Shown here: piece after piece, positions 28,981 to 40,495 of the stretch
Layout of the letters: each line of letters starts with the position of its first letter
Numbering within the stretch: position 1 is the first letter of the stretch
Assembly (NCBI GenBank): GCA_963828525.1
Contig: CAWHEP010000001.1
Location: forward strand, 64,001 to 128,000
Origin: an uncultured Verrucomicrobiae bacterium
GTDB taxonomy: Bacteria > Verrucomicrobiota > Verrucomicrobiia > Chthoniobacterales > Chthoniobacteraceae
Reading direction: 5' to 3'
DNA length: 64,000 nucleotides
Notes under the pieces: generated by a model
The model's input: only the letters and a program-made list of their open reading frames with translations
Databases searched by the model: none
What the model was told of the DNA's origin: nothing
Program-made: the position numbers and the translations under genes

Positions 28981-30753
28981 TCAACGCGGGAGGGGAAAAG
29001 CTCTTGTGAAAGCAAACACTCTGGAGCGAATCTTACGCAGCGCTCCCTCGTCCCCACGGCTCTGAAGCGCCTCGTGAATGAGATCGGCGATTTCCATCAT
29101 TTCCTCTTCCCGCATCCCGCGTGTGGTGACGGCGGGCGTGCCAATGCGGATGCCGCCGCCCTTGGTAATCGGCACAGTGTCAAAAGGAATGCCGTTTTTG
29201 TTAACAGTTATCGCGGCGCGATCCAGGATTTCCTGAGCTTCCTTGCCGGTGAGCTGCCGAGGACGGAGGTCTACAAGCATGAGGTGGTTATCGGTGCCGC
29301 CTGAAACGATTCGGTATCCATTTCTGGACATCGTCGCCGCCAGCGCCTTCGCGTTGCACGCGACTTGGGATTGGTAATCCTCGAACCCAGGAGACAGAGC
29401 TTCGCCCAGGCAAACGGCCTTCGCGGCAATGACGTGCATAAGAGGTCCCCCCTGGATGCCGGGGAACACCTGCGAGTCTATCTGTTTGGCAAATTTTTCT
29501 TTGCACAGGATAATGCCGCCCCGTGGGCCTCTGAGACTCTTGTGGGTGGTGGTGGTGACAAAATCGGCCATCGGGACAGGAGAAGGATGTACACCTCCGG
29601 CAACAAGACCGGCGATGTGAGCCATGTCCACGAACAGGTAAGCTCCAACGGAGTCGGCTATATCGCGCATCCTTTGGAAGTCGATGATGCGGGAGTAAGC
29701 AGAAGCACCGGCGGTGATCATCCGCGGCTTCACCTCGGCTGCCTGTCGCGCAAGGTCGTCATAGTCGATCATCTCCGTTTCTCTATGCACGCCGTAGTGG
29801 GAAACGTCGAAAAACCGCCCCGAGAAATTGGCTTTATTTCCATGGGTGAGATGTCCTCCGTGGGAGAGGTCCATCGTGAGGATCTTGTCTCCAGGCTGAA
29901 GCGCGCCGAAGTAAACAGCCATGTTTGCCTGGCTGCCACTGTGTGGCTGAACGTTGGCGTGTTCCGCTCCAAATAGCTTTTTCGCGCGATCGATCGCCAG
30001 TTGCTCAACAGTGTCCACATGTTCGCAACCGCCATACCATCGCTTACCGGGATACCCTTCGGCATATTTGTTCGTGAGAACGGAGCCCTGAGCTTCCATC
30101 ACTGCTCGGCTGGTGAAATTCTCCGAGGCGATCAGCTCGATATTGTCGAACTGCCTTTGGGATTCTGCCACGATTGCGGCGAAGATCTCCGGGTCAACGG
30201 AAGCAAGCGCGCCGGGGAGAAGAGGGGACGGTGCCGCAGGAGTGGATGTTTTCATGAGAGGAGTGGTGACGGGGGTGGAATGAAGATGCGAGTCGTTGTC
30301 GTCGATGAAAGCCAGTATGCTGGAAAGGGCCTGCTGAACCGTATCGCGGCACTGGAAATAAACCTCCAGGCCTTGGCCGATGGGATCAGGAACGTCTGGG
30401 GAATAGGTGGCGAGATCCGAGTCGAACTCACAAACAAGGTAGGTCTTGTTGGCGGCATGAGGAAATAACATCTGGATCGTCTCAAGATGGCCCCGGGTCA
30501 TGACGAAGATGAGGGTCGCTTCATCGACAATCTTATCCGTGAGCGGGCGGCTGCGCTGAGACGAGATATCGATTCCCCAAGGCCGCAAGACCTCGACTGC
30601 ATGCAGGCTTGGAGGCTGCCCCTGACTGGCTCCGACCCCTGCGGAACTGACTTCCAGATCATCTCGATCCTTGACCATATGGCGGAAGAGTCCTTCCGCC
30701 ATCGGGCTGCGACAAATGTTGCCGGTACAGACAAAAAGGATGTTCTTTTTCAA
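28981..30753 (-). CDS. glyA: Low-molecular-weight protein phosphatase fused to serine hydroxymethyltransferase
   Basis: [14 protein letters not shown]...DVPDP then [28 protein letters not shown] in one open frame; TTG start at 30753. Confidence 0.88.
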   Translation of the reverse strand: MKKNILFVCTGNICRSPMAEGLFRHMVKDRDDLEVSSAGVGASQGQPPSLHAVEVLRPWGIDISSQRSRPLTDKIVDEATLIFVMTRGHLETIQMLFPHAANKTYLVCEFDSDLATYSPDVPDPIGQGLEVYFQCRDTVQQALSSILAFIDDNDSHLHSTPVTTPLMKTSTPAAPSPLLPGALASVDPEIFAAIVAESQRQFDNIELIASENFTSRAVMEAQGSVLTNKYAEGYPGKRWYGGCEHVDTVEQLAIDRAKKLFGAEHANVQPHSGSQANMAVYFGALQPGDKILTMDLSHGGHLTHGNKANFSGRFFDVSHYGVHRETEMIDYDDLARQAAEVKPRMITAGASAYSRIIDFQRMRDIADSVGAYLFVDMAHIAGLVAGGVHPSPVPMADFVTTTTHKSLRGPRGGIILCKEKFAKQIDSQVFPGIQGGPLMHVIAAKAVCLGEALSPGFEDYQSQVACNAKALAATMSRNGYRIVSGGTDNHLMLVDLRPRQLTGKEAQEILDRAAITVNKNGIPFDTVPITKGGGIRIGTPAVTTRGMREEEMMEIADLIHEALQSRGDEGALRKIRSRVFAFTRAFPLPR

Positions 30754-30907
30754 GGCCTGAATCTGGGAACCAGATGATAGGGCGAAACCCCTGCAAGTCA
30801 AACCTGCTGCCTGTGACCCGAGGCGGCGGGGATCCCGGGCTATTCTGCAAATCCGCGGGAAGAAGTACGGGCTTGAGATGAAATAAGCGGAACGTTACGC
30901 TGGCTTC

Positions 30908-31369
30908 TTGCAATTGCCTCCTTTCTCTCCCCAAGTAATTGAGGCGATCTACCGCTTCGCTGTCATGCTGAGCGGAAACGAGGCAGCAGGATCGCGCGCG
31001 ATAGTGGACGCGATTCGCGAGTCCGCCGGTCAGACGGCGCAATTGCGAAGCGAGCGTCATCGCAATGCCTGGCTGGTGATGAAGGTGAGAGAAAATTGCA
31101 TGCGAGCGGAGAATCACCGGGAACCGGACGCGCCGGTAAGCGGCGCAGTCGAGGCGCAGGCTGCGGCGTTGGCAAATATCATCCATGAGCTGCCTGAGCC
31201 ACAACGCAGCGCGCTGGCTCTCTTTTATGTGAATATCTTCCCCGGAAGTGAAATAGCGGATCTTCTGAGATTGAAGCCTGCCCGGCTGGGGGAAGCTCTC
31301 GCTGAGGGCCGTGAACTGTTGCGTCTGCATCTAAGCGAACTGCCAAGTGGACAGGAGGCGCCGGGCTGA
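30908..31369 (+). CDS. Divergent ECF-type sigma factor
   Basis: Region-4-like LPEPQRSALALFY...EIADLL; coupled to a TM anti-sigma-like gene. Confidence 0.6.
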   Translation: MQLPPFSPQVIEAIYRFAVMLSGNEAAGSRAIVDAIRESAGQTAQLRSERHRNAWLVMKVRENCMRAENHREPDAPVSGAVEAQAAALANIIHELPEPQRSALALFYVNIFPGSEIADLLRLKPARLGEALAEGRELLRLHLSELPSGQEAPG

Positions 31370-32151
31370 TGAGAGCAGAAGAGGCAAGGAGTGTCCTGGC
31401 GGGATATCGCGCTGGGCAGCCAGCCGATGGGAAGGTGCAAAAGGCGCTCCGTCTCCTGGAGGGGGATGAGGCCTTGGGGCGCGCTTTTCGGGAGCAGAGC
31501 GCGTTTGATAACCAGGTTTTCGCGTGGATCCAGACGATCAAACCGCCACCGGGTCTGTTGCATAGGATCAACGATGCGGCAGCGGAGCCCGTCAGACCCA
31601 GGATCGATAAAGCGATTCTGAAGCAGCCGCCTGTGATCGCGGCCCTTATTGGCCTTGTGGTGATGCTGGGATTCCTCATCTTTTTCTGGTTCGACCACAT
31701 GGGGAGTTTCCCCGGGAGGGATGCGGTCTTTCGGATGATTGGGGTGACGCAGCAAATGAGCGGGGTGGAACTCGAGCCGCTCATCACCGAGTGCGAGAAG
31801 CTCGGCGATTGGCTCTACCTGAAGTACGGCTTGGAAGACTTCAACGCGCCCCCGGAGTTTTCGGGTAAAAAGACGGTCGGTTGCCGTGTTTACAAGCAGG
31901 ATGGTTGTCCCGTTGCGCAGGTTGCCCTGGAAGAGGCGACCGGCGCGGAAGGGATGGAGGGGAGCGGCGTGATCCTCTATATGTTCAGGGCAAGCGATTT
32001 CGGGGTGAAACTGTCAGCGCCGAAAAGTTGGTTGATCTTCGAACAGGAAGATTGGGTGGCGGCCCTCCGGGGGGAGAGTATCTGCTCGATGGTAGCCTTC
32101 CGTGGGACGCGATCTCAGATGCGGGACTACCTCGCGTCGCTGGCGAAGTAG
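31369..32151 (+). CDS. Single-TM anti-sigma-like hypothetical protein
   Basis: Overlaps sigma stop; N-terminal helical domain, one TM, periplasmic domain. Confidence 0.5.
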   Translation: MRAEEARSVLAGYRAGQPADGKVQKALRLLEGDEALGRAFREQSAFDNQVFAWIQTIKPPPGLLHRINDAAAEPVRPRIDKAILKQPPVIAALIGLVVMLGFLIFFWFDHMGSFPGRDAVFRMIGVTQQMSGVELEPLITECEKLGDWLYLKYGLEDFNAPPEFSGKKTVGCRVYKQDGCPVAQVALEEATGAEGMEGSGVILYMFRASDFGVKLSAPKSWLIFEQEDWVAALRGESICSMVAFRGTRSQMRDYLASLAK

Positions 32152-32889
32152 CTAGTTGGAAAACGATTCGGGCGCGCCGGGCGTGTGAGGGGTAATCCCA
32201 GAGGAAGCGGCGCTGGACGCCACCTGCCCTGGGGGAACACCGGAGGAGCCGTAGCGTTGTTGCAGGATCCCTGCCGCAATACCAGAAGCGAGCTTTTCCC
32301 GGTAGGATGTATTCGCGCAGAGAGCAGCTTCGCGAGGATTGCTCAAGTAACCGCATTCCACGAGGACAGCAGGGTATTCGTTGAGCCGCAGGACGCGGAA
32401 GTTGGCATGCATGACCCCTCTTGTTTGAGACACGGGCGCGAGGCACGCCTGGATGCGCTCGGCGATCTCGCGGGCAGGGCCGGAATTATAGTACGCTTCT
32501 GTGCCGCGAATCCGATGGTTCCGAGAATCATTGAAATGGATGCTGACAAATATCGCGTTGTCCTGCCGGTTTGAAATGGCCGCGCGCTCGTTTAAAGGGA
32601 TGAAGACATCACTGTCACGCGTCATCACGGTCTGGAAACCCGCATGCCGTAATTCTTTGTCGACTTGCTGGGCGACGTCGAGCGCGGCCATCTTTTCGGC
32701 GCCTCCTTTGCGCGAGTATGCGCCACTATCCTTTCCGCCATGCCCAGGATCAATGACCACTGTATGGAACGTCCTGCTGGTGTCTTTGACGGGCGTGGCG
32801 CACCCGGCTAGGAAGAGGCATGCCAAAGCAAGAACCGCCGGGGCGAAGTAGCGCGCCGAAAATTTCACCGTTTGATGTATGTTGCTCAT
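32152..32889 (-). CDS. Lipoprotein N-acetylmuramoyl-L-alanine amidase (Amidase_3)
   Basis: LAGC lipobox; IDPGHGG, VSIHFN, LVECGY. Confidence 0.9.
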   Translation of the reverse strand: MSNIHQTVKFSARYFAPAVLALACLFLAGCATPVKDTSRTFHTVVIDPGHGGKDSGAYSRKGGAEKMAALDVAQQVDKELRHAGFQTVMTRDSDVFIPLNERAAISNRQDNAIFVSIHFNDSRNHRIRGTEAYYNSGPAREIAERIQACLAPVSQTRGVMHANFRVLRLNEYPAVLVECGYLSNPREAALCANTSYREKLASGIAAGILQQRYGSSGVPPGQVASSAASSGITPHTPGAPESFSN

Positions 32890-32952
32890 GCTTGAAAGTG
32901 GAGCGCTTACTCGCGAGAAGAGAGCAGCTTGTCAAGCGCTGGGCTGAAGGCA

Positions 32953-35097
32953 ATGACCAATCCGTCTGTTACCAACCATCTCATCGGCGAAAAGTCGCCT
33001 TATCTTATACAGCACGCGCATAACCCAGTGGATTGGTACCCGTGGGGAGAAGAGGCGTTTACGCGGGCGCGCGTGGAGCAAAAGCCGATCTTCCTCTCTA
33101 TTGGCTACTCAACCTGCCACTGGTGCCATGTGATGGCGCGTGAATCGTTTGAGAATGAGGACATCGCTCGGGCGCTGAACGCCGACTTCATCAGCATAAA
33201 GTTGGACCGCGAGGAACGGCCGGATGTAGATCGCGTGTACATGACGTTCGTTCAGGCGACAACCGGCAGCGGCGGATGGCCTATGAGTGTCTTCCTCACG
33301 CCGGAACTGGAGCCTTTCGCTGGAGGTACCTATTTTCCGCCGAGCGACAACTATGGGAGGCCTGGCTTTCCCACGCTGATTCGGCGCGTCAGCGATGCTT
33401 GGAAGTCGGATCCCGCGGCGCTGGCTCAGCAGGGAAAAAACATCATCGCGGCGTTACGTGAGCGGGAGGAAGGCGAGGCTGCCGCTACAGGGTGGGATGC
33501 GCGTCTGCTTCAACGGGGATACGAGCAGATCGCGCGACAATTTGATGCCGATCTAGGCGGGTTCGGCGACGCGCCAAAGTTCCCGAGGCCGGTGATTTTC
33601 GACTTCCTGTTCCGAGTATATGCAAGGAGCCCCAAATCTGTTCAGGGGCTGCATGCGCTGGAGATGAGTCTGCTGACTTTGCGCAAAATGGCGGATGGTG
33701 GGATGCACGATCAACTGGGAGGCGGTTTTCACCGCTATTCCGTGGATCGATACTGGCACATACCGCATTTTGAGAAGATGCTCTACGATCAGGCGCAGCT
33801 GGCGTGCTCGTATGTTGATGCTTTCCAGATCACGAGGGATGTGACTTACGAGAGAGTGGCGCGTGACGTCCTTGATTATGTGACGCGCGATATGACAAGC
33901 GCCCAAGGCGGGTTCTACTCCGCGGAAGATGCGGATAGCCTTTTTGCGCGCGGCAACGCGGCGCATGGGGAAGGGGCTTTCTATGTGTGGACGATGGAAG
34001 AGATTCAATCCTTGGTAGGGGAGGAAGCGGCACTTGTTTTCAATTTCGTTTATGGGGTCGAAGCACAGGGGAATGCTCGCCCAGGGAGCGATCCCCATGG
34101 GGAATTCACGGGTAAAAACACGCTGTTCTTGAGGCGCGCGTTGAGCGAGGCGGCGAAGCGCTTCTCGAAGAGCGAGGCAGAAATTGCGGAGTCGTTGGAA
34201 AGCAGTCGGCGGGCGCTATTTGAAAAGCGGGAGAGCCGCCCTCGACCGCAGCTTGATGACAAAATCATCACCGCATGGAACGGGTTGATGATTTCTGCTT
34301 TTGCCAGGGCAGGAGCCGTGTTTAACGACGCCCGCTATCTTGAAACCGCCTCCAAAGCGGCTTCTTTCCTGAAGGAGCATCTATTTCTCGGAAACGAGGG
34401 GAGGCTGCTGCGAAGCTACTGTCATGGGCCGGGACAGGCGCCAGGCTTCGCTGATGATTACGCCTCGCTCATACAAGGTCTGCTCGATCTGTATGAAGCT
34501 GCCTTCGACGTCACATGGCTCCTTTGGGCGGCGCAGTTACAGGAAACGCAGGACGAATTGTTTTTTGATTCAAAGAGCGGTGGTTACTTTAGCGTCACCG
34601 GAGCTGATCCCAGTATTCTGGTGCGTATGAAGGAAGACTATGACGGGGCTGAGCCCTCGCCGAACTCGACTGCGGCATTGAATCTCATGAGGCTCGCAAG
34701 GATGACAGGACGGGCGGACTTCGAGGAAAAGGCAGGAAGGACAATGCGCGCCTTCGGCCAACAACTGGAGAGCATGCCAATGGCCCTTCCGCGAATGCTC
34801 GTGGCCGTTGATTTTGCCCTCTCCAAACCTTTGCAGATCGTCCTCGCCGGGGACGCCGGGGCGGATGACACGCGAGCGCTTGCTGGTGAGGTTGCTCGTC
34901 ATTACATACCGAACAAGGTGCTGATGCTCGCGGACGGGAGGGACGGCCAGCAGTGGCCGGGAGGAAAGCTGGACATCCTCCGCGACGCGGGGACGCTTGA
35001 GGGGAAAGCAGCCGCGTACGTGTGTGAGGACTTCACATGCAAACTGCCCACGAGCGATGTTGCCAAGCTGCGAGTCATACTTGAGTCCGGGTTGTAA
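32953..35097 (+). CDS. YyaL/DUF255 thioredoxin-domain protein
   Basis: [36 protein letters not shown]. Confidence 0.92.
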   Translation: MTNPSVTNHLIGEKSPYLIQHAHNPVDWYPWGEEAFTRARVEQKPIFLSIGYSTCHWCHVMARESFENEDIARALNADFISIKLDREERPDVDRVYMTFVQATTGSGGWPMSVFLTPELEPFAGGTYFPPSDNYGRPGFPTLIRRVSDAWKSDPAALAQQGKNIIAALREREEGEAAATGWDARLLQRGYEQIARQFDADLGGFGDAPKFPRPVIFDFLFRVYARSPKSVQGLHALEMSLLTLRKMADGGMHDQLGGGFHRYSVDRYWHIPHFEKMLYDQAQLACSYVDAFQITRDVTYERVARDVLDYVTRDMTSAQGGFYSAEDADSLFARGNAAHGEGAFYVWTMEEIQSLVGEEAALVFNFVYGVEAQGNARPGSDPHGEFTGKNTLFLRRALSEAAKRFSKSEAEIAESLESSRRALFEKRESRPRPQLDDKIITAWNGLMISAFARAGAVFNDARYLETASKAASFLKEHLFLGNEGRLLRSYCHGPGQAPGFADDYASLIQGLLDLYEAAFDVTWLLWAAQLQETQDELFFDSKSGGYFSVTGADPSILVRMKEDYDGAEPSPNSTAALNLMRLARMTGRADFEEKAGRTMRAFGQQLESMPMALPRMLVAVDFALSKPLQIVLAGDAGADDTRALAGEVARHYIPNKVLMLADGRDGQQWPGGKLDILRDAGTLEGKAAAYVCEDFTCKLPTSDVAKLRVILESGL

Positions 35098-35171
35098 TCA
35101 CCTTGATGCTGTTGAAGAGCTGCCATGCCGGCAGAACCTGATTTCCCTTTCGATCGAAGCAATCCGCCGCT

Positions 35172-36314
35172 CTATGCGTTGAGCGTCACCACCAAACCGG
35201 AAGCCTGAAAATTGAAACCCAAAGACGAGACGAGCACGGAACGCATGGGCATCCGTGAACCGGAGGCGGCAATCAAGCGCAGGTTGTGAGGAGCGGATTC
35301 GCATCCAAGTGTTGGAGGAACCGCCTGTCTTTCGAGCGCCGCGAAAGCCAGGACAGTCTGTATGAGGCTGCTTGCGCCGAGGGCGTCCCCCAGGGACGGT
35401 TTGGGGCAGTAGATCGGCGTTGAAGGGAAGACCCGCAGCAACGCGGACGCTTCGGCAGCATCCAGGCTCGAACCGTTTGCTGCTCCTATGACCAGGTCCG
35501 GTGGCGAGACGGCCTCGGCGACGTCTGTGAATACCTTGCAGAGGGAGGCCGCGGCGCCGGACCGCTGAAAGAACGGAACGCCATCATGAACAAAGCTGAG
35601 GCGGTGCATGCCGTGGCGGCCAATCACCAACCCGGCCGCGCCCTCGCCCAGCAATGCGCCCGCAGGGTAAGGATGGTAAATGGAAACGCCCTTTTCAGCC
35701 GTCGCGAGTCGCCATTCGCGATAAGCCTCGCACAAAACCCAATCGACCTCCTCACTTCCGACGACAAGACAGTGCTCAATATCGGTCGTCGCGAGGAGCT
35801 GCTCGGCGTATTTGATGGCGCTAATGCCGACGGAGGAATCGCCGACGAGCGTGTAGCTCATGCCGTCGATCCCGATGAGCGCGGCGAGATGGCTTCCGGG
35901 CGCGTTATAGACAGTTTCAGGAAAGAGGAGGGGACTGGCTGCATTGGCGCCCTTTTCCACGATGGTGTCGTAGAACCGGCGCGTGTAGGTGACGCCTCCG
36001 CTGGATATGGCCAGAATGAGGGCGAGCTTCGAGGGGTCTACGGCCTGTATGTCGATGCCGGCGTTGGCGAGGGCCGAGAGGCCTGCGGAAGCGGCGAAGT
36101 AGCTAATCGCGCTCGAACGGCGCAGGCGGGGATTTTTGCCGAGTTCGGCGACTTGCGCGGGGGGGACAGGGACGAAAGGATAAGACCGATCCCTGTGCTG
36201 GAGGAGCTTCACTTCCGCGCGCTCGGAGGCCGTGAGCCTGTCCCACACTTCGTCTGGACGGTTGCCCAAGGGAGTAACCAACCCAACACCCTGAATGAAA
36301 GAACAACCTTTCAT
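35172..36314 (-). CDS. Catalytically inactive ketosynthase-like protein (chain-length-factor type)
   Basis: SPLLFPETVYNAP, GEGAA; GDSSVG replaces ACASG and both His motifs are lost; ATGA overlap with upstream KS. Confidence 0.75.
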   Translation of the reverse strand: MKGCSFIQGVGLVTPLGNRPDEVWDRLTASERAEVKLLQHRDRSYPFVPVPPAQVAELGKNPRLRRSSAISYFAASAGLSALANAGIDIQAVDPSKLALILAISSGGVTYTRRFYDTIVEKGANAASPLLFPETVYNAPGSHLAALIGIDGMSYTLVGDSSVGISAIKYAEQLLATTDIEHCLVVGSEEVDWVLCEAYREWRLATAEKGVSIYHPYPAGALLGEGAAGLVIGRHGMHRLSFVHDGVPFFQRSGAAASLCKVFTDVAEAVSPPDLVIGAANGSSLDAAEASALLRVFPSTPIYCPKPSLGDALGASSLIQTVLAFAALERQAVPPTLGCESAPHNLRLIAASGSRMPMRSVLVSSLGFNFQASGLVVTLNA

Positions 36315-37507
36315 CTTGAAAAATGCTCCAGAACAAGGGTGGCGTTCGTTCCCCCGAAACCGAACGAATTGGAGAGAACGCGTTGCACCGGCGCGCTTCG
36401 CGCGTGATCGACCACCTGAAAAGTCCATGCCGGATCAGGAGAACGAAAATTGATATTGGGCGGAAGGAATTGATGGCGGATCGCAAGCAGACAGAAAGCC
36501 GCCTCAATGGCGCCGGCCGCTCCCAAAGAGTGCCCCATCATCGACTTGGTTGAACTGACCGGAACGGGGCGTTGGAAGAGGCGCGAAATCGCAACGCCCT
36601 CGGTGGAATCATTGAACGCGGTGGCTGTGCCGTGCGCATTGACATAGTCGACGTCGTCCGCCCGGCATCCAGCGGACGCGAGGGCGCGACTCATCGAAAG
36701 GAAGGGACCGTCACCGGATGGGTGCGGCTGGGTGAGATGGTAATTATCGGTGGAGATGCCGTAACCCGTGACGCGAGCGAGAATCGGCGCTTGACGCGCG
36801 AGCGCGGAGGGAAGCGACTCCAAAGCCAGAAGGGCTGCTCCTTCGCCAAGGACCAAGCCCGTCCGATCTTGATCGAAGGGTCGGATTTTCTCGGATGTGG
36901 CGGCTTGGAGCGAATCAAAGCCAACGAAAACGAGCTCGGAAATAGCATCATAGCCGCCGCAGAGGACTCGTTGGCGGATGCCGTGTCGAATGAGAGAGAA
37001 CGCGTGTCCTATGGCGTTGGTGCCGGACGCGCAGGCGTTTGCGATAATCTGGGATGGCGCGGCAAAGCCCGCGCTTTCCTGGGCGTCAAGAACCGGCTTC
37101 TGCGGGTTGTAGTTTGCCAGCCAGGAGGCTCGTCTGGGGCGCTTTCCCCCTGTAACAAGCGAGCGGAAGAAGGCCTCGCCATTGCTCATTCCCCCGCTTG
37201 TGGTGCCAATCACGACCAGCTCTGGAACGAACCCCGGATCCTCCTGACGCAGGTCGCCCGCCGCTGCCATCATCATCCGGCTGGCCCGGTGGAGACGCTT
37301 GCTCTTGCGGCTCGTTGGACTGTCCAGCAAGCTGTCCGGAACCTGTCCCGCCGTTGAGGATCTGCACTTGGAAACATCGAACTGCGAGACATATGAAACG
37401 CAGTCGCGCGCGCGCAAAAGCGTGTCGTAGGTTGATGCCATGCCGCGGCCGAGCGGACTTACGACGCCAGCCGCGGTGACCACAACCTCGATGTCGGAGT
37501 GTGCCAT
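36311..37507 (-). CDS. Beta-ketoacyl-ACP synthase (FabF-like)
   Basis: NACASG, NAHGTAT, GHSLGAAG, NSFGFGG. Confidence 0.9.
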   Translation of the reverse strand: MAHSDIEVVVTAAGVVSPLGRGMASTYDTLLRARDCVSYVSQFDVSKCRSSTAGQVPDSLLDSPTSRKSKRLHRASRMMMAAAGDLRQEDPGFVPELVVIGTTSGGMSNGEAFFRSLVTGGKRPRRASWLANYNPQKPVLDAQESAGFAAPSQIIANACASGTNAIGHAFSLIRHGIRQRVLCGGYDAISELVFVGFDSLQAATSEKIRPFDQDRTGLVLGEGAALLALESLPSALARQAPILARVTGYGISTDNYHLTQPHPSGDGPFLSMSRALASAGCRADDVDYVNAHGTATAFNDSTEGVAISRLFQRPVPVSSTKSMMGHSLGAAGAIEAAFCLLAIRHQFLPPNINFRSPDPAWTFQVVDHARSAPVQRVLSNSFGFGGTNATLVLEHFSR

Positions 37508-37561
37508 TGTTGGATGTTGTGTTTTCTGTGACTCTGCGATACGACTGCAACCGTTTAACCA

Positions 37562-38677
37562 ATGCTGTCCAGCCAGACTTTATTCACATCGAATCCCGCC
37601 ACGCTGCATAACTCTGCAGGCGAAATCCACGACAAAGTCAGATTGGGACTCAGGATCTCGGACGCCGAGGCTCTCGAACTTTACCGCTGCGCCGACCTGG
37701 AGTTACTTGCGCGGATCGGCTCTGCCGCGCGAGCCATGCGACATGGGAGTTCCGCCTTTTATATCATAAATCGGCACATCAACTACTCCAACATTTGTAT
37801 CCTGGATTGCGATTTTTGCGCCTTTGGAAAGCGGAAGCGGGATGCCGGAGCCTATGAGCTCACCATATCCCAGATGGTGGAGAAAACGAGGCTCTCTCTT
37901 GAAACCGGAGCGCGGGAGATTCACATCGTCGGAGGGCTGCATCCCACGTGGAAATTTGACGTCTATCTCGAGATGCTTGCCGCGTTGCGGGCGCTAAGCC
38001 CCGACCTATCGTTGAAGGCCTTCACAGCCATCGAGATTCTGCACTTTGCGTGGGTCTCAAGAAGTTCCGTTGAAAAAGTGCTGGAGAGGTTGAAGGAAGC
38101 TGGACTGAACTGCCTTACCGGAGGAGGAGCCGAGATATTCGAGGAGAGTATCCGCAACCAGATATGCAGAGGCAAGGAAAGCGGCGAGGAATGGCTTTCA
38201 GTCCACAGGACGGCTCACCAGATGGGCATTAGGTCAACCGCCACGATGCTGTTTGGCCATGTGGAGTCATACGCGGATCGGGTTGACCACCTGCGCAAAC
38301 TGCGGGAGCTGCAGGATGAGACGGGTGGGTTTCTCGCCTTTCTGCCGCTTGCCTTCAAGCCGGCGCACAGGCTGGAGCATCTGAGCGGGCCGACGGAAGA
38401 CGAGACATTGCAGAACATGGCGGTGTGCCGGGCGTATCTGGATAACTTTGACCATATAAAGTCGTATTGGATCAGTTACGGGCTTGATCTTGCGAGGAAG
38501 TCGCTGGCCTTTGGCGCGGATGACCTTGATGGAACGATTGAAGAAGAGCGCATCTACCATATGGCGGGCGCGGATTCGCCAATTTCACAGACCGTGGATG
38601 CGCTTCGCCAGACGATCGTCGCCGCGGGGTTGGAGCCTGTTTTAAGGGACAGCTTCTACAGGGAAGTTTGCGTCTGA
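37562..38677 (+). CDS. mqnE: CofH/MqnC/MqnE-family radical SAM protein, probably aminofutalosine synthase MqnE
   Basis: RHINYSNICILDCDFCAF, IHIVGGLHP, KAFTAIEI, GGGAEIF, HIKSYW. Confidence 0.72.
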   Translation: MLSSQTLFTSNPATLHNSAGEIHDKVRLGLRISDAEALELYRCADLELLARIGSAARAMRHGSSAFYIINRHINYSNICILDCDFCAFGKRKRDAGAYELTISQMVEKTRLSLETGAREIHIVGGLHPTWKFDVYLEMLAALRALSPDLSLKAFTAIEILHFAWVSRSSVEKVLERLKEAGLNCLTGGGAEIFEESIRNQICRGKESGEEWLSVHRTAHQMGIRSTATMLFGHVESYADRVDHLRKLRELQDETGGFLAFLPLAFKPAHRLEHLSGPTEDETLQNMAVCRAYLDNFDHIKSYWISYGLDLARKSLAFGADDLDGTIEEERIYHMAGADSPISQTVDALRQTIVAAGLEPVLRDSFYREVCV

Positions 38678-38782
38678 CGGGCTCGGTCGAGCTCATCTGA
38701 GGAAGCGAGAGAGCCTGTTTAATCCAGTGCGTAGCCGGTAATTGCTGTTTCTTAAAGCAGGGAGCTTTATTAGAACGCTCTG

Positions 38783-39115
38783 ATGCATACGTTTCAGTCG
38801 ATCATCGCTTCAGGGATCACCCTCAACGCGTGGAAGGTGGTTGGCCTGTCCGGCAGCGTAATCTTTGGGTTGCGTTTCTTTATTCAATGGGTGGCATCTG
38901 AGAAGGCAAAAAAGAGCACCATACCCTTCGGGTTTTGGGAATGCAGCGTCGTTGGATGCCTGCTGACTCTCAGCTACTTCGCAATCTACAGGAGGGATTC
39001 TGTGGGGGTGATTCAGAACATCCTCCCGCTGCCAATCTACCTGCGAAATTTGTATTTCACCTACAGAGAACGAACGCCAACCCATCCTGGCAATGAGCCA
39101 AGGGTAGAGGAGTAG
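38783..39115 (+). CDS. Lipid A disaccharide synthase N-terminal (LAB_N)-like membrane protein
   Basis: FGLRFFIQWVASEKAKKSTIPFGFW, RRDSV, YLRNL. Confidence 0.75.
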   Translation: MHTFQSIIASGITLNAWKVVGLSGSVIFGLRFFIQWVASEKAKKSTIPFGFWECSVVGCLLTLSYFAIYRRDSVGVIQNILPLPIYLRNLYFTYRERTPTHPGNEPRVEE

Positions 39116-39208
39116 GCGGGACGCGGTCGGTGGCGTTTAGCCAACGAACCGTGGACGCGCGCGGAAAATCGCGCTTCCGATGAGTTGGCGTCCGGGTGGA
39201 ACTGCGCT

Positions 39209-40387
39209 ATGATTTTGCCCCGCATCGTGAAAAGCCATCCGATAATCTATCTCGACAATAACGCGACAACCCGCGTGGACCCGGCGGTAATCGAGGAGAT
39301 GATGCCTTTCTTAACCGAGTTCTACGGTAATGCATCGAGCGGATATAGCTTCAGCAACAAGGTGGCCGGCGCCTTGGATCATGCGAGGGAGCGAGTAGCG
39401 AATTTGCTGGGGTGCGAGCCGAACGAGATTCTTTTCACGAGTTGCGGAACCGAATCGAATAATGCGGCGATCAGTTCGGCGTTGCAGATGAACCCCGACA
39501 GGCAGCATGTCGTTACCACGGCCGTCGAGCACAGCTCGATCATGAAGCATGGGGAGACCCTGGCGAAGCGTGGGCACGAGGTCACATGGCTTGGGGTGGA
39601 TCATAATGGGCAAATCGATCTCGCTGAACTGGACCGGGCTATTCGACCCGATACGGCCATCGTGTCGATTATGTGGGCGAATAACGAAACAGGCGCTATT
39701 TCGCCGATCCATGACATCGCTGAGATCGTTCGAAAAAAAGGAACGCTTTTTCACACCGACGCGGTGCAGGCAATCGGGAAAATTCCGATCAAGGTTCGAG
39801 AATCCAAGATTAATTTTCTCTCCCTGTCGGGGCACAAGTTGCATTGCCCGAAGGGGGTGGGAGTTCTTTACGTGAATGGACGGACGAAGTTCAACCCGTA
39901 CCTGATTGGCGGGGGGCAGGAGCACGGAAAGCGCGCCGGGACGGAGAACGTGGCTTCCATTGCGGGTCTCGGAAAGGCGGCGGAGTTGGCCGCCAGCTTT
40001 ATCATGCATGAGGCGACGGCCGTGAAGGCGCTACGGGATGAGTTTGAGCAGACTGTCCTTGGGGCCATACCGGATACGCATTTAAACGGAGATGCTGAAC
40101 GACGCCTGCCGAACACATCGAATATCGCGTTCGAAGGGATCGAATCCGAGGCCGTGCTTGTGCTTCTGGACAAATATGGCATTTGCTGTTCGGCAGGTTC
40201 AGCCTGCACGACAGGTTCTCTGCATCCCTCGCATGTGTTAAAGGCGATGGGTTTTGGCACCGATCGGGCCCGCGGAAGCCTCCGCTTTTCATTTAGCCGC
40301 TATACCACCCGCGAGGAAGTTGGCGTGGTTCTGGAGGTCCTGCCCAAGGTGATCTCGAAGCTGCGCCAGATGACGTTGGCGGCATGA
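39209..40387 (+). CDS. Cysteine desulfurase NifS/IscS type (start uncertain)
   Basis: YLDNNATT, ANNETG, HTDAVQ, SGHK, SAGSACT. Confidence 0.92.
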   Translation: MILPRIVKSHPIIYLDNNATTRVDPAVIEEMMPFLTEFYGNASSGYSFSNKVAGALDHARERVANLLGCEPNEILFTSCGTESNNAAISSALQMNPDRQHVVTTAVEHSSIMKHGETLAKRGHEVTWLGVDHNGQIDLAELDRAIRPDTAIVSIMWANNETGAISPIHDIAEIVRKKGTLFHTDAVQAIGKIPIKVRESKINFLSLSGHKLHCPKGVGVLYVNGRTKFNPYLIGGGQEHGKRAGTENVASIAGLGKAAELAASFIMHEATAVKALRDEFEQTVLGAIPDTHLNGDAERRLPNTSNIAFEGIESEAVLVLLDKYGICCSAGSACTTGSLHPSHVLKAMGFGTDRARGSLRFSFSRYTTREEVGVVLEVLPKVISKLRQMTLAA

Positions 40388-40467
40388 GACACTTCTTGTC
40401 TGCTGTCTCGCGCTCCGGCAATGCGATGCAGCGTGAACCAAATCGCTGATATTTATGAAAAATCGCA

Positions 40468-40495
40468 TTGACAGCGTTTCTCACGCCGATAAGTT
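40468..40495 (+). promoter_or_regulatory. Putative sigma70 promoter of tRNA-Thr/tuf operon
   Basis: TTGACA-16 nt-TAAGTT. Confidence 0.5.
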
